Shown: piece by piece, positions 1 to 14,509 of the stretch
How the letters are laid out: each line of letters starts with the position of its first letter
How positions within the stretch are numbered: the first letter of the stretch is position 1
NCBI GenBank assembly: GCA_013265495.1
Contig: MU057711.1
Span: forward strand, 248,001-312,000
Source: Vicugna vicugna
Lineage: Eukaryota
Length of the DNA stretch: 64,000 nt
Reading direction: 5' to 3'
Position numbers and translations under genes: made by a program
Notes under the pieces: model-generated
Told to the model about the DNA's origin: nothing
Databases searched by the model: none
What the model saw: the letters and a program-made list of their open reading frames with translations, nothing else

Positions 1-49
1 AAACTGTTTCTTTGGGGACAAGCCCTTTATGTCATTGCAAAACTCCTGG
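1..49 (+). CDS. PHKB: PHKB coding exon, 3' part only (runs off window start): KLFLWGQALYVIAKLL + 1 nt
   Basis: Translation matches the recalled PHKB segment KLFLWGQALYIIAKLL. Donor G|GTAAGT at 50, phase 1. Confidence 0.95.
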
Positions 50-2922
50 GTAAGTGAAGAAGATTGGAAACTTTTTTTTTCCCCTTGTCATCAAGTCTTT
101 AGAAATAAGTATGTTTTTGGTGACGTTCTTCTTAAATTTGGGTGTTGTTTCATGCTGTTAAGAGGTCTTGAGGGAGTTTCTTAGCAGGTAAAAGTATATT
201 AATATGTCTGTTTCACTGAATGATGATGGCAAGTTTTGGGGTGAAAGTCCAATAGGTGTGGGTACCATTATGATCATTTGGAGGCTGCATTCAGCTTCGT
301 GGATAGGTTTCTAGCAGAAGGCCATGGGAACTTTGAGTCTCTTTTATTAATGTAATAAAATTCTGATTTAATGTAACAATCATGCTTATGCATAGCTTTA
401 GTAAACCAGTTGACAAAAAGAATAGGTTATGTCAGAGTTCTCTTTCTGTTAAATACACGTTGGCATTTTACTCAGTTAGGTGGAAGCTTACTGGGACCAT
501 TATTCATAATGCTTTGAAGAATTATTTTTCAACTTCTCCTAAAACTTCAGCTGAAGTGTTTACGAACACACTGAAATGAAGGCTAATTTAATGAACACAA
601 AAAAGCATTGTACCTCTTTCTGCACCATTCCTTGCTAAAATTTTAAATGCTATTAGCATTTCCATCAGAGAGGCTATCATATTAGTCAGAATTCTTTTAT
701 GGCAAACAGATTATGAAACAGGCTGATTGTAAAAACTACCTTCACTAAAAGCTGTGTGAAATACTGTTACTGTCTTTGTTGTTCTTACTATTACTGCATA
801 AATGCTAAATTTGTTGGTGTTGTTAGAGTAATCATCTTTGGTTCCTTTTTTTTTTTATATTCCACTAAAGAAGAATATTTCAAAGTCTAGATATCCGGTT
901 TAAGCTTTACACAAATGATGTAAAAAAGCAGACAGAAGCTAACCAAAAAAGAAAATTAAGCTAATGTTGTTTTCAGTTTGCTCCTTTACTTTCTGTGTTT
1001 TCTGGGTCTCCATATACACTTAATGCCAATTGAACAAGCCTGTAGAAAAATTTTCTCCTTCAAAGGAACGGCTCTTTGATAAGGAGTTGATACTATTTAT
1101 ACAGGTTTTGCTTTAAGATTTTCCAAAAGAATAAATATATATACACAAAGTACGTTTCTTAGAATCAAGCAGTAAGCTTATCTCTGGTTAGAATTTTATT
1201 TCCATCTCATTAGCATGAATACAGAGAACCCTTGTTGATACTCAGTTCAATAAAACATATTTTCGTAGAGGAGTAGTTAACCTATCTACAGACAAGAATT
1301 TTAACATCAGAATCGTACATTTCTGTAAACTACACTTGGAAATTACAAATGAGCATGATGAAATTTTTCAGTGGTTCTGAGACTGAAAACTGGTACCTGG
1401 GATATGGGATTTGAGATCTAAGCCTTCCTCATCCTGTTTTTTGCTATATATCCAGCCTGGGGTTGATAACAGCTGGAAAGATTGCTATTTGAGCTAAGCC
1501 TCTGGATAAAATTTAGAAGGCTAATGAATTGGGAATGCAGAATTAGCTATTCTACATAAGCAGACTGAGCTTTTTTTTTTTTTAAACAAAGAAAAAGACT
1601 GAAAACAGAATCAGTTAGTAAAAAAACATTGGACCTCCCTGATTCCAAAATAAATGTATTGAATGTAGATAGATTTTGAGTGTAGATAGCATTTTCTTAT
1701 ATTATGACCAGAATGAACAGAAATAGTCCAGGTCATGCCTTCACCCCTGTTTCATGACCAAAAAGAATAAGAAAGAGCCTTCAATTCTCTTCAAGAAAGA
1801 GTCAATTTCTCTTTTGCCTGCTGTGCTTCTGAAAAGGCATTGGAGAACATGCAGAAGGTGTGTGCAAACTGAAACCATGTACTTATCTCCTACTGAAAAA
1901 GGAGATGCTGCCTATTAATTAGCACTCTGACCTAACTGAGTGTCATCTGGTTAACAGCTCACTGGTTAAAATGAATAAGATCTCAGAAGACTGAATCATT
2001 TTAGTTGCTCTTGACTATTGCATACTTGTCCCGCAAGGACCATTAAATGTCTATGGATGTTCTGAAGATTCCACATACCATGTTTACTAACAAAGTATTA
2101 TTTGTTCATTAAAAGAGCCTCAGTTGGGTATCCGCTTAACAGCATTTTATGGACAATTAATTGGAGTTACAAGAAAATAATAGAACAGTAAATCTCTAAT
2201 AATATTCTGTAATATATGGCTTTCACTAATTTAGTCTAGTTTCTATCCAGTAAAATTTAATAGGAATATTTTGCTCTATGTATGCCTTAGTGAGTAATTA
2301 TACAACAAAGCTATGGGAATTTTATTGCATTGTTAGAGCTGAAAGACTCAACATGCTATTTCCTGGCCCAAGGCCTGAACTACCCACTGTGTCCTTAGAA
2401 AATAGTTAATTACTACAGTATTTTTTTTTCTTTAGAAAATTTAGACTTTTAGAAAATCAGTGTTGGCTATAAAATATGTAAATAAATTATAAACATGTTT
2501 ATTTTAAATTAGATAAGATATATTTTAAGATACAACATTGGACCTGTCTTAGAATAGAACAACCATTAGTTATACTTTTAATTGTTATTTTAATTTGGAA
2601 GTTTAGAAACTAACCATGTAAGAGATGATCAGTCTGCAGAAAGCAGTGTACCTTTTGAGTTCTCTGGAAAATCATGTTAAAAGTATTTATCACATAAAAG
2701 TCACTTGAAAATCATGATCTTTGGATTGAATTTTTTTGAGGTTGAATTAGAGAGTATAACATAAGGTTAATGATAACTTTAATAAAACCTCTCCAAAGCC
2801 AATACTTAACTTTAATGTATTTCCTTGTTCATTGTTTTTTAAAAAAGAGAAGCTAGTATATCAGTTGTTTACCTTAAAAAAAAATCTAACTTCCAAAAGT
2901 TAGCTTGTCTTTTTAATATATA

Positions 2923-3586
2923 TAGCTCCCCCTTATCCATGGGGATACATTCCAAGACACCCCAGTGGATGCCTGAAACCACAGATAGTACCAAACCCTA
3001 TATATATACTATATATTTTCCTATACATACATATCTGTGATAAGCTCTAATTTATAAATCAGACATAGTAAGAGATTAACAATTAATGATAGAATAGTTT
3101 AACAATATACTGTAATAAAAATTATGTGACTGTGGTCTCTCTCTCTCCAAAAGAAGAAATCTCGCACTGTGCTCACCCCTCTTCTTGCGATGATGTGAGA
3201 TAATAAAATGCCTACACAATGAGACGAAGTATGTGCATGACGCAGGCATAGTGATGTAGCATTAAGCTACTCTTGACCTTCTGGGGAAATATCAGAAGGA
3301 GGATCATCTGCTTCTGGTGATCCTGAATCATGGAGTCCTGACAGTATCGATGGTCGGATGTCAGGAGCAGACCATGTCTGTGATTAGAGATCCCAGGATG
3401 GTTGGGGATACCGAGTGGGACAGAGCCAGAGGCTGTGAGATTTTATCATGTTACTCAGAACGGCACACAATTTAAACCTTATGAATTGTTTATTTGTGGA
3501 ATTTTCCATTTAATATTTTTGGACTGTGATTGTAGGTAACTGAATTTGCAGAAAATGAAACTGTGGATGGTGGTGGGGGACGACTG
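2923..3586 (-). mobile_element. MER44/Tigger7-type non-autonomous TcMar-Tigger DNA transposon
   Basis: Imperfect inverted ends (CTCCCCCTTATCCA ... TGGAT..GGGGGACGACTG) with TA flanks. Interior resembles the recalled MER44 consensus. Confidence 0.75.
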
Positions 3587-6500
3587 TATATGTAACTAAT
3601 TTTCCTTACCCTTTTCATCAGACATTCACAGTGCTGATCTTCATTTAGGTACTACTGTAAGATCCCAGATCATTAAAAATTAGAACTTTTGTATAGTGTA
3701 AAACTTAAGGTAGGTAAATAGAAGAATTTTTTTAGGATGGATGCTTTGAAAGCATTATTAGTAAATGTCAAGAGTTAAAACAAGGAATATTTGATTAAGC
3801 TTGAACTACTGAGCAGTTTTAATTAACTATAGCTTTCTCTCCCATGTACATAAACTCCCCAGATGTTCAGGTGAATGAAAATTTTCTTGAATTTCATGAA
3901 GGATTCTTTTCTTTTGAGGATGAGTGTTTTTTAATTTCCTAGGAATGTTAATAGGAGACTTTTATAAATATTGAAGTACTTTAAAGTAGTTAATATGAAT
4001 TTCCCAACTTCATTTCTTGGGTTCCCAGAGTTCCTCAGTAAGTCATTATTTGGAACTCAGTTTGTTTTCCAGTAGAAACTATATTTTTAATGATTATTAA
4101 CAGCTAGCAAACTTGTAACCATGTGATATAGATTATTTCTCTGGCATTATCATCTTTTTCCTCTGCTGCTTCCTCCACTAGTTCCTCTTCCTTTTTTTTT
4201 TTTTTTTTATGTTTTTCTTGGACTGCAGTGGAAAGATCAAGAGTTTGGGGGCTATGAACTTAGGAATTCATGGTTTGACAATAAGTCCTACCACTTTCTA
4301 CTTACATGACTTGAATCTTCTTAACTTCCATGATGATCAGTTTCTTTATTTTTATGTTATAAGGACTAACTGATGAGAAAATACATTTAAGCATTTACTG
4401 GGGGACAGATACATACTTCACTGGTTCTTCTACTTCGTGCCCTTCCTTCTACCCTCCCTCCTCCTGCCAGCCACTATCTAGGGGATAATATTTATGACAG
4501 TGCGTTTCATAGTTCTTGATAACAAGGTAACTCAGGATGCTTATGGGCTCTCCTTGCAGGTAGCCCCATAGCCACAAAATATCACAAGAAGAAAATGCTT
4601 CTCAAGTTTCTCCTTAACTATTTATCTACTCAGTGGTCCAGCTGGTATCTGTAGAGTTCTGCTCTGTGCTAGTCACTGTGGCTGATATCCAGTAGCTTTA
4701 CAGCAAGAATTGAATATGACAACCTAGGAAATATTTCTGCCTCTCTGAGGGCAGCTTAGTTATTCTGATACACTGCTTCTTCACTCCAATGTCTGTAACT
4801 AAGATAAGTCCAATTGCATTTGATTTTGTTCATGATATTTCTTGTCTAATTGACCTCAAATATAAAAGCCCCTGATTAAGCCTGGAAATCTAATGTATTT
4901 TAAAGTTACAGTCAATGGTCAAGTGCCCCCTAGTGTGTATGAGAACATAAGAAACTGAGGTATTGATTTTCATTGGTTTGTTGATTTCAGATGCAGTTAC
5001 CTTTCTCAGTATGGCACACGGTTTTCTTACTGATCAGTTAAAGGTAAACTATATAGATAAGAGCATACAGGTATATTTCTACATGGTGGTTGCTAAGAGA
5101 TTTGCCAGCTGTCACACTTCAAGAAACTTCAAGCAGAAATACATCAATTTCTGAACACTTCTGTTATCTTTTTTGTGGTATCCATGTGATTGCTAGTGAC
5201 CTGAAGTAGGATTTCTGTGCAGCGGGCATTATAAATATCTTGAGAGCACATGTGTCCAGTATTACTTTAAAAGCTTCACCTAGGAAGATTTTTCTTCCTT
5301 ATTGAACAAATGACTGGCTTTCTTAAAACTAAAAATTTTAGGTGAATTGCTTCTAGGGCTAGAAAACTTGCATAAAAGAATTTAAGATCCTACCCTCAAA
5401 TATATTAGTAAAATTGGGTATGAAAGCAGTGATGCCTCAAGTCTGAGAAGACTCTATATACATATTGTTAGACTTTTTCCCAGAAATAAAACCTACCTGA
5501 AAACGTGTCATAGTCTGTGCATTGTCCTTTACAGATATCATCCTAAGTGATCCTCCTAGCTGCTCTGTGAAATGTGTATTACATGTTGTAACTGAGGCTC
5601 AGAAGAGTTTAGCAACTCACTCAAGGTCACACAGCCTGTGGCTCAAAGAGATTTTATTGATTTATTCAGAAGTCTCCAGGGTGACTGTGTTAACCATAGT
5701 CTTTGTGGCATTAAATATGCTCATTAAAAGTAGAAATTTTGCTAACCTAATAAGATACTATTTTGTGTCCTATTTTTATTTGCATACTGATTGTCAAAAA
5801 TATATTTCTTAGTCATTTCTGTGTCCTCTATGAGTTGTCTAGTTATTTGCCCATTTAACCTTGGTTTTGTGGTTTTTCTTATCAGTCTGCATGAATGTTT
5901 TATACCTTAGGTGTACTTAACCTCTCTATATTTTCCTATTTTGTTTTACCCCTAAACTTTGCTTGTGCTGTTTTTTGATGAAGGAAATTTAAAATCTTTA
6001 TATATTTAGATGTCATCCCTGTTAATCAGTTGAGTTAAAAACATATAAATTTGGAATTTTTTGGTAAAATATATGGGGGTGAGGATCTACATTTTCTTTT
6101 TTTCCATAGCTCATTTCTTAATACATGTTTTACTAATGTGTGTCACTGCAGCTAAGAATCAGTTAGGCTTTGAAGCACATAATTTTACCCCATAAATTAT
6201 CTGCTGAGCCCATTTTAGTGTGTCCTGTGTAATTTTGGTGTCATGATAAAAAAAAAATTACTTTCTCTGTTAGATTTCCTTTAAATGGTCATTTCATTAA
6301 AGAACCAAAAATTATTTTTAATATTTTCTTTTTATCCTCAACAATTAATTATTTGAGGTAAACCCAGGTTATGTTTAATAAACCTTTCTGTACATAAAAA
6401 TGCAAATACTTATGAACCTAATCTGTCTTCTGAGGGTTTTAAGACAGCTGTCCCTATTTATAGGAATGCTTGATTATCTGTGAAGTTTGGTACCGTATTG

Positions 6501-7514
6501 TGAAATGTGGAAAGCCATTGCTTTTTTATCCTTGTTTCTTTATTTTTGCTTTAAATATTCTGTGGTTGGTCAGCTGTGAGTTCTTTCAGGTCTGTCAGTC
6601 TTCACCAGAAACCAAGTGCCTTGGAATTGGCACAGTGAAGAGCTCTGTTTTTGCCTCCTGAATGATAAAAATCAGTGCAGTGGGGGAAGAAAATGTCTGT
6701 TAACTTGACCTTTTAAAGTATTTGTCACTTTTACCATTATGGAAATTAAAGTAATGATTATGGCCAATAATACATCCAAATTTGCTAACCCACCAATTTA
6801 TTATTTTATTTACTGAGTCTCTTGAATGCCTACTATATGCCCGGTGCTGTGCTAGGTGGTGGGGTATAGCCAAGAATAAGAGGCATACAGCCTGTGGTTA
6901 CAGATGAGCGCGTGGTGTAAGTTGATACTCAAGCTAGATATACAGGTGTAGTGCAAAGAGGGAAATAAGAAAGTGCAAAGAAATAAGCTTTTTCAAAAGA
7001 TTCGGTTAACTGTTTGATTCATATCAATGTTAATAGTTTGGCCTTTATGCTTTCCAAGAATATAAGGTTTCTTAATTTATCTGTCATTATTTATAAATAA
7101 CAAAATAATAAAGATACAATTTTATTTCTATAGAATAACAGTGAAACATTAGTTATGTACAACACTTGTTGGTAGTGAAAATTTTTTCACATCTCAATGA
7201 TCAGACAATTGAGATAGGGAAATAATTTGCTGCTATTTATAATATCACTGTACTAATAACCCTGCATCATAAGATAAACTGAATTGAAATTATATGTCGA
7301 TATTTGCCATAATCAAGCCTTTGTTGGTTTGGTTTAAATTTTGCAAAAGTATTTTTTTTTTCCAGAGAGAGAGAAGAATGTTCTATAATGTGCCTCCCTG
7401 ATTTGGGTAGGAAAAAGATAACATATCAAGGTCTAAATTGTTTTATCATTTCCTCCTCCTGATTATCTTTTCCGTCTGTTGTATAGAATGTCAGTGTTCT
7501 TAAAGGGCAAGATT

Positions 7515-7700
7515 AGTATGTGGTTAAGAGCCCAGGCTCCAGAGAGAGACTACTAAGAATCTAAGCAAAGTCCTTTTCTAGCCGTGTGCAAATTGCTTAA
7601 CCACTCAGTGTCTTCATTTCATCATCTGTAAAATGATAAGGGCGTTGTGAGGATTAATGTATGTGAAGTGCTCAATGCCGGGAACATGGGCAGTGAATAT
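7515..7700 (+). mobile_element. MIR SINE
   Basis: GTGGTTAAGAGC start, followed by the core CTTAACCACTCAGTGTCTTCATTTCATCATCTGTAAAATG ... GTTGTGAGGATTAA. Confidence 0.75.
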
Positions 7701-8395
7701 AGGAGTGCTGCCACAGCCGCTGTTGCAGAGGCAGCAGTGTGGCTGTGCTACTTTTTTTCCTCGTTATTCTATTATTATCCACTTTTTATTATTATAGAAA
7801 ACATCTTCCAAGAGTTACTGAAACCACCTTTGGTGATTCTGTCTATTGGATAACATTGCACATGTGCCCTGAAGTTACCCCAGCATAGAAATACAGTAAG
7901 AAACATTCCAGAAGCTGCAAAGAATTTGCAAATGCTGGGTCAGATTGTGCTTGCCTTAAATTTGCATAGATACTGCCAACTTGCGCTCTAAAGAGGTTAC
8001 ACAGAATTACATTTCAGGGTTTTCCCCCACCGCCATCCCTTCCCAGCATAGCCACCTCCAGGCGCATGGAGAATCCCTGCTACAGTGAGCCTCAGGTGTC
8101 AGTGGGTCTCTCTGAGGTATGTTAGAGCAAAAACAGCAGAGAACCAGACTTAGTACCTTCTTCTCACCCTCCCCTTCCAAACACTGTAAATTGCCTTCCT
8201 TGTTATATCCTCGGATTTTATCAAAAGTGACCACAAGGAACTACCACGTGGAAAGGGCTTCCGTGTGTATAGCACAGCAGCAGTTGAAGTCAGTGCCCCA
8301 TAGAAAACACTCCGTTATCAGACATCTCTTTAGTTTTAGGAAATACTTTGTCTTCCCTCAGTGAACTGATTTCCTTCCTTGAGGATTCAAACACA

Positions 8396-11300
8396 TTATT
8401 TTTAGAGCAGCTTTACTGAGGTATAATTTATACATATCTCACCTATTTAAAGTTTGCAATTTGATGGTTTTTAGCCTATTCACAAAGAGTTGTGCAACCA
8501 TAACCACATCAAATTTAGAATATTTTCATAAACCCCACAAGAAATCTATACCCTTTAGCGGTCACTGCCTGCTTACCTCTTAATCACTTCCCCTTTCCCC
8601 CGGCACGAGACAATCATTAATCTACTTTCTATTTCTATAGATTTGCCTATTCTGGACATTTCATATACCTCAGATCATATAATGTATTGCCTTTATGACT
8701 GACTCTTCGCTTAGCCTGCCTTCAAGGTTCATCCATGTATTAGCACTTTGTTCTTTTTTAATGGCAAAATAGCATTCCATTGTATGGATATGTCACCTTT
8801 TGATTATCTGTTCATCAGGTAATGGACATTTACGTTGTTTCCTCTTTTTGGCTGAATAATGCTGCTATAACTTTTCATGTACAAGTTATTATTGTTTGGC
8901 ATGTATTTTTACTTCCCTTAGGTATATACCTAGGGGTGGAACTGCTGAGTTAATATGGTAACTCTGTGTTTAACATCTGAGATAATTCCAGACTGTTTTC
9001 CAAAGGAGCTGTATCATTCTGCCTTCCAACCAGCGATGTATAAGGGTTCTAATTTCTCTACATCTCTCCAATCCTTATTCTTGTCTGTTTTTTGATTAAA
9101 GCCATCCTAATGGGTATGAGGTTCTCTCATTGTGGTTTTAATAAGCACTTCCCAAATGCCTAGTGTTGTTGAGCATTTTTCCATGTGCTTATTGGTTATC
9201 AGTGTATCTTTTTGGAGAAATGTCTATTAGCTCTGTAGCCATTTTTAAATTGGGTTATTTGTCTTTTTATTATGGAGTTGTAAGAGTTCTTTACGTATTC
9301 AAGATACAAGTCCCTTACAAGATACATGATTTGCAAATATTTTCTCCCATTCTGTGGGCTTTTTGCTTTCTTGATTGTGTCCTTTGAGACATAAAAGGTT
9401 GTAATTTGGTAAAGTCCAGTTTATCTCATTTTTTCTTTTGTTACTTACAATTTGATGTCATAATTCAAAGTCACAAAGATTTACTCATATTTTCTTGAAA
9501 CAGATTTGTATTTTTAGCTCTTAACATTTAATCCATTGATCCATTTTGAGTTAATTTTTATTGATGGCATAAGGAAGAGGTTCAACTTCATTTTTTTTTT
9601 CTGCATTTGGATATTCACTATTTGTGGGGGAAGAAAACCATTCTTTTCCCTATTGAATTGTTTTGGCACCCTTGTCAAAAATCAGTTGACCATAATGTAA
9701 GGGTTTATTTCTGGACTCTCAGTTCTGTTCCATTGATCTCTATCTTTATGCCAGTACCATGTTGTCTTAATTACTGTAGTTTCTTCCTGTCAATCTGGAT
9801 GCTCTTTATTAATTTTTCTTGCCAAATTTTTCTTACTGGGACCTCTAGTACGATGTTGAATAGAAGTGGCGAGAGTGGACATCTTTGTCTCGGTTCCTGA
9901 TCTTTGGGGCAGAGCATTCCATGTTTTACCACTGAGTATGACATTAGCCATGGCTTTTTTTTTTTTAACATTTTTTATTGATTTATAATCATTTTACAAT
10001 GTTGTGTCAAATTCCAGTGTAGAGCACAATTTTTCAGTTATACATGAACATATATATATTTATTGTCACATTTTTTTCTCTGTGAGCTACCACAAGATCT
10101 TGTATATATTTCCCTGTGCTATACAGTATAATCTTATTTATCTATTCTACAGTTCTGAAATCCCAATCTATCTCTTCCCACCCCCCGCCCCCTTGGCGAC
10201 CACAAGTTTGTATTCTGTGTCTGTGAGTCTATTTCTGTTTTGTATTTACGCTTTGTTTGTTTTTGTTTTTGTTTTTGTTTTTTAGATTCCACATATAAGC
10301 TATCTCATATGGTATTTTTCTTTCTCTTTCTGGCTTACTTCACTTAGAATGACATTCTCCAGGAGCATCCATGTTGCTGCAAATGGCGTTATGTTGTTGG
10401 TTTTTATGGCTGAGTAGTATTCCACTGTATAAATATACCACATCTTCTTTATCCAGTCATCTGTTGATGGACATTTAGGCTGTTTCCATGTCTTGGCTAT
10501 TGTAAATAATGCTGCTATGAACATTGGGATGCAAGTGTCATCCTGAAGTAGGGTTCCTTCTGGATATATGCCCAGGAGTGGGATTCCTGGGTCATATGGT
10601 AAGTCTATTCCTAGTCTTTTGAGGAATCTCCATAGTGTTTTCCACAGTGGCTGTACCAGACTGCATTCCCACCAGCAGTGAAGGAGGGTTCCCTTTTCTC
10701 CACAGCCTCTCCAGCATTTGTCATTTGTGGACTTTTGAATGATGGCCATTCTGACTGGTGTGAGGTGATACCTCATCGTAGTTTTGATTTGCATTTCCCT
10801 GATAATTAGTGATACTGAGCATTTTTTTTCATGTAGCCATGACTTTTTATAGTTGCCCTTTATCAGGCTGAGGAAGTTCCCATCTATCCCTAGTTTATCA
10901 TCATGAAAGAATGTTGAATTTTGTCAGAAATTTTTTTCTGTGTCTACTGAGATGATCCTGTAGTTTTTATGTCCTTTATTCAATAGATATAGTGTATTAC
11001 AGTAATTGATTTTGAGATGTTAATCCATTCTTGCATTTGTGGAATAAATCCAACTTGGTCATGGTGTGCAATCATTTTTGTATATCACTGGATTTGGTTT
11101 GCTAGTGTTTCTATTGAGGAGTTTTGTGTCTGTATTCAGAAAAAAATTTGGTTTGTGATTTTCTTTTCTTGTGGTGTCTTTGATTTGGTATTAGGGTAAT
11201 ACTGGCCTCTTAGAATGAGTTAGGAAGTGTTCCTCTACTATTTTTTGGAAAATTTTGTGAAAGATTTAATTCTTCTTTAACTGTTTGGCAGAATTCATCA

Positions 11301-12110
11301 ATGAATTCATTTGGTCCTGAATTTTTTTTGCATGAAAGGTTTTAGTCACTACTTGTTACACATTTATTCATATTTTCTATCCATTCTTGAGTCAGTTTTG
11401 GTAAAGTATGTATTTCTAGGAATTTGTCCATATTATCTAGGTTATCTAAATTGTTGTGATACATTTGTTCAGAGTATTCTCTTATAACCCTCAAGGTCCA
11501 TAGTTATGTTCCAAGTTACATTCCTGATTTAATAATTTGAGTCTTCCTTCTTTTTTTCTTGGTCAGTCTAGCTTAAGGTCTGTAAACTTTTGAGTTTTTC
11601 AAGAATCTGCCTGGTTTCATTTATATTCTCTGTTGTTTTTTCTATACTCTATTTCATTAATTTCCACTTTACTTTTCCTTCCTTCTGCTTGCTTTTGATT
11701 TGTTCTTTTTCATCTGCAATCTTAATGTGGAATGGAGGTTATTGACTTAAGAATTTTCTTCTATTTTAATGTAAGCATTTACAGCTGTGAATTTCCTTCT
11801 GAGCATTGCTTTACCTACATCCCCTAGGTTTTGGTATGTTGTGTCTTCATTTTCAATCATCTCATCAGAAAGCATATTAGAAAGTATTTTCTAATTTCCC
11901 TTTTGATTTCTTCTTTGACCCATGGGCTGTTTGGAAGTGTGTTGTTTAATTTCAATATATTTGTGAATTTCTAATTTGTTATTGATTTCTAATTTCATTC
12001 TGTTGTGGTCAGAGAACATACCTTGTATGATTTTAATCCTTTTAAATTTATTGAGGCTTATTTTATGGCCTAGCATATGAAAGATGTTTCATGTGCCTTG
12101 GAGTGTGCTA
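8396..12110 (-). mobile_element. Old L1M-type LINE-1 (3'UTR plus ORF2 remnants), interrupted by a younger L1
   Basis: T-rich antisense L1 3' end at 8396. Minus-strand ORF2 peptides include [17 protein letters not shown] (RT) and LGHKISLNKFKRIKIIQGMFSDHN (EN). Confidence 0.9.
9960..10833 (-). mobile_element. Young lineage-specific 5'-truncated L1 nested in an older L1
   Basis: Open ORF2 C-terminus at 10300..10794 ([14 protein letters not shown]...CWWEC...) and poly(T) at ~9955-9966. 15-bp TSD TAGCCATG(G/A)CTTTTT at 9945-9959 and 10834-10848. Confidence 0.93.
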
Positions 12111-12180
12111 TATCTTCTAGGTAATGGATTACAGTGTTGTACAGCTGCGTTTCTGATGTCATTAACTTTCTTTTTTTCAG

Positions 12181-12275
12181 CTGATGAATTAATCAGTCCT
12201 AAAGACATTGATCCCGTTCATCGTTATGTTTCACTACAGAATCAACGTAACGTGAGCATGAGGTTTTCCAATCAG
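12181..12275 (+). CDS. PHKB: PHKB exon, 95 nt: (A)[31 protein letters not shown]
   Basis: Polypyrimidine tract with TTCAG acceptor and CAG|GTAAAG donor. Phase 1 to 0 fits both neighbours, and the peptide matches PHKB. Confidence 0.97.
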
Positions 12276-13049
12276 GTAAAGATATTTTATTTCTTAATTT
12301 AGACTCATCCAAAGACATTTAAACTTTAATTGAAGAAGAAATTTTATTTCAAATCAGTTTTTATTGTTTCTTTGAGGGTGAGGCTTTTCTGTCTTCTGGT
12401 TAGTTAAGATTTACTTGTGGTAAAGGGCTATTTGTTAATGAGGAAGTATGAGTCAGATGTGTCCAACAAGATGTCTCCCAAATAAATGTTTTCATCCTCA
12501 CAGTGGTTGATTTTAAGGTGTCAAATGTCTTTGAGAAGATGTGGTATGGATGGGTAGCATGGGGATAGAGGAGACGGCACTGTTACTGAAGGGAGTGGTG
12601 TACCATGAAAGGCCCTGTACTTGACGTCTGTCCAGTGCTGTGTCTCCATGACAGCACTGAGTGACTGACAGAGTTGTTCTTAGTACTCAGTGATGTGTCG
12701 GGTGAAGGAATAGTTTTTAATTTTTTTATATTTAGTAGCTATAGGTTCAGACTATGTTTTGTCAACAAAATAAGTGTTTGCAGGATCAGCAAGATTGATG
12801 TTGACTTGAATAAACCCTCAAGTATTAAATACCAGTAATGAGGACTATTAAAATGAAAATGTTGTGGATTGTGGAAACTGCCTGAGGAGAGAGGGAATGA
12901 ATCTGAGTGTGTGCCTGGGATTCCAAGCACTTTACGCTTATTTAATAAGAATAACATCAGCACTTACAGAATATATGCTTACAGAATTGAAATGCTCCTT
13001 TTACTTTAAAAATATACATATAACACACACAGATGAATGCTTGGTGGTT

Positions 13050-13109
13050 TTTAAAAATTTTTTTTTACAGTTTAATTTTTGGAGGGGGAGGTTATTATTA
13101 TTATCATCA

Positions 13110-13147
<38 letters not shown>

Positions 13148-13226
13148 TAATGGAGGTACTGGGGATTGAACCCAGGAACTTGTGCATGGGAAGCATGTGT
13201 TCTACCACTGAGCTGTACCCTCCCCT
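13050..13226 (-). mobile_element. tRNA-Ala-derived camelid SINE (vic-1-like) with internal (ATT/ATC)n microsatellite
   Basis: Minus strand reads GGGGAGGGTACAGCTCAGTGGTAGA...GGTTCAATCCCCAGTACCTCCA (A and B boxes), then an AT-rich tail. (TTA)n at ~13093-13147. Confidence 0.85.
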
Positions 13227-14509
13227 CAGTGCTTGTTTTAATCAGTGAAGGGAGAGCCAGTTAACCTCATTACTAGGTTCTGTCATACTATTTTTCTGAA
13301 TCTTTTGTTGGTCCTCGACAAAACATGTAGTTACTCTGAGGCGTTTATAGATGAGAAGCTCTTTGGGAAACTTGTAAATACACGTTAAGATTTTCTCAGG
13401 AACATAAAATGCCTATGTTATATGTGATAGAAATTTTACACTGGCCTTTTAGCTCTCATATAAGCAGGGATTTGGCCTTTATCTTAGTCTCAGTGCAGTA
13501 CAAGTGTACCTTCTGTACAAATTTGAGACATGTGGTTTCACTGAAAGAAATGGTAATGTAGAGAATACAGTTAACTTCCTATTACCCAGGGCTGTGACCC
13601 TGAGCCATTTTAAGATTAGTATATATTGTTTACAGAGCATTTCACATGTGTGACCCACTTCTCTAGGTTGATGAAATCTCAAAGCCTTTTCTTAGAAAAT
13701 AAAGTGACCTCTTGGTCACAGATTTGAGATGTTGGGGCGGGAACCAGAGAACATCAAAGCACATGGCTCACGAAGTCAACAATGTAAGCGCTTACTTCGT
13801 GTTTGACACATGTAAGGAGGGCTGTGGGTTATGTGTAATTTTTGACATACAGTATACTTGCAGCTCTTTATCGCCTATGCAAGAAAGCTTGTCGGAATTC
13901 AAGTGAGTGAGAGTGAATTTTATAGAGCATTTACTGTAGGTGTATTTTTTATGTTAAAATCATTTTCTGATGTTGCTCCTGCTGCTGTCTGTTGCATCCC
14001 TCCCAGGCAGAGCCACATCCTAGCTAAAGACTTGTTCTAGGTTAAGGACAGGTGCTTCTCTCCTGTAGCCGTGTGGGCATTACATCTGTGCATAGTTGTG
14101 TACTGTTGGTGAGAGGGAGATGACGAGAGGGTTGGCAGCAGAAAATTGCTGGGTGCTGTTATTGCCCCACCCTCTGGCAGCTTGACTGCAGTGGTGTCTA
14201 AAATGAGGAGGTGCCTTTGCCACTTTCTCAGCTGGTTAAGCAGTAGCCATGACCTGGCATGGCCACGTCCATCGTTGGGGCTGGATGACACAGCCTGTTG
14301 AGATATGGAGGTCAGACATGGCCCTCCACTTAAAATGCTGGTGTCAGTGGCCTCTCAGTCATGACTGACCTGGTCAGATCCTACCATTAACTGATCTGTG
14401 GGGATTGACCAGATGCTTTAAACCCTGCCAAATGTTGGAAAAAGTAAATAGAGTAGTAAATTTCAGGCGTTTCCTCAAAACAAGAGAAATCCCTGCCTTT
14501 GAAGGAAGA

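Noticed and set aside
10300..10794. Longest supplied ORF (164 aa) as a host gene
   Set aside because: It is the L1 ORF2 C-terminus inside a TSD-flanked truncated L1.
13033..13248. Tyr/His-repeat and Leu-repeat ORFs
   Set aside because: Translations of the (TTA/TCA)n microsatellite within a SINE.
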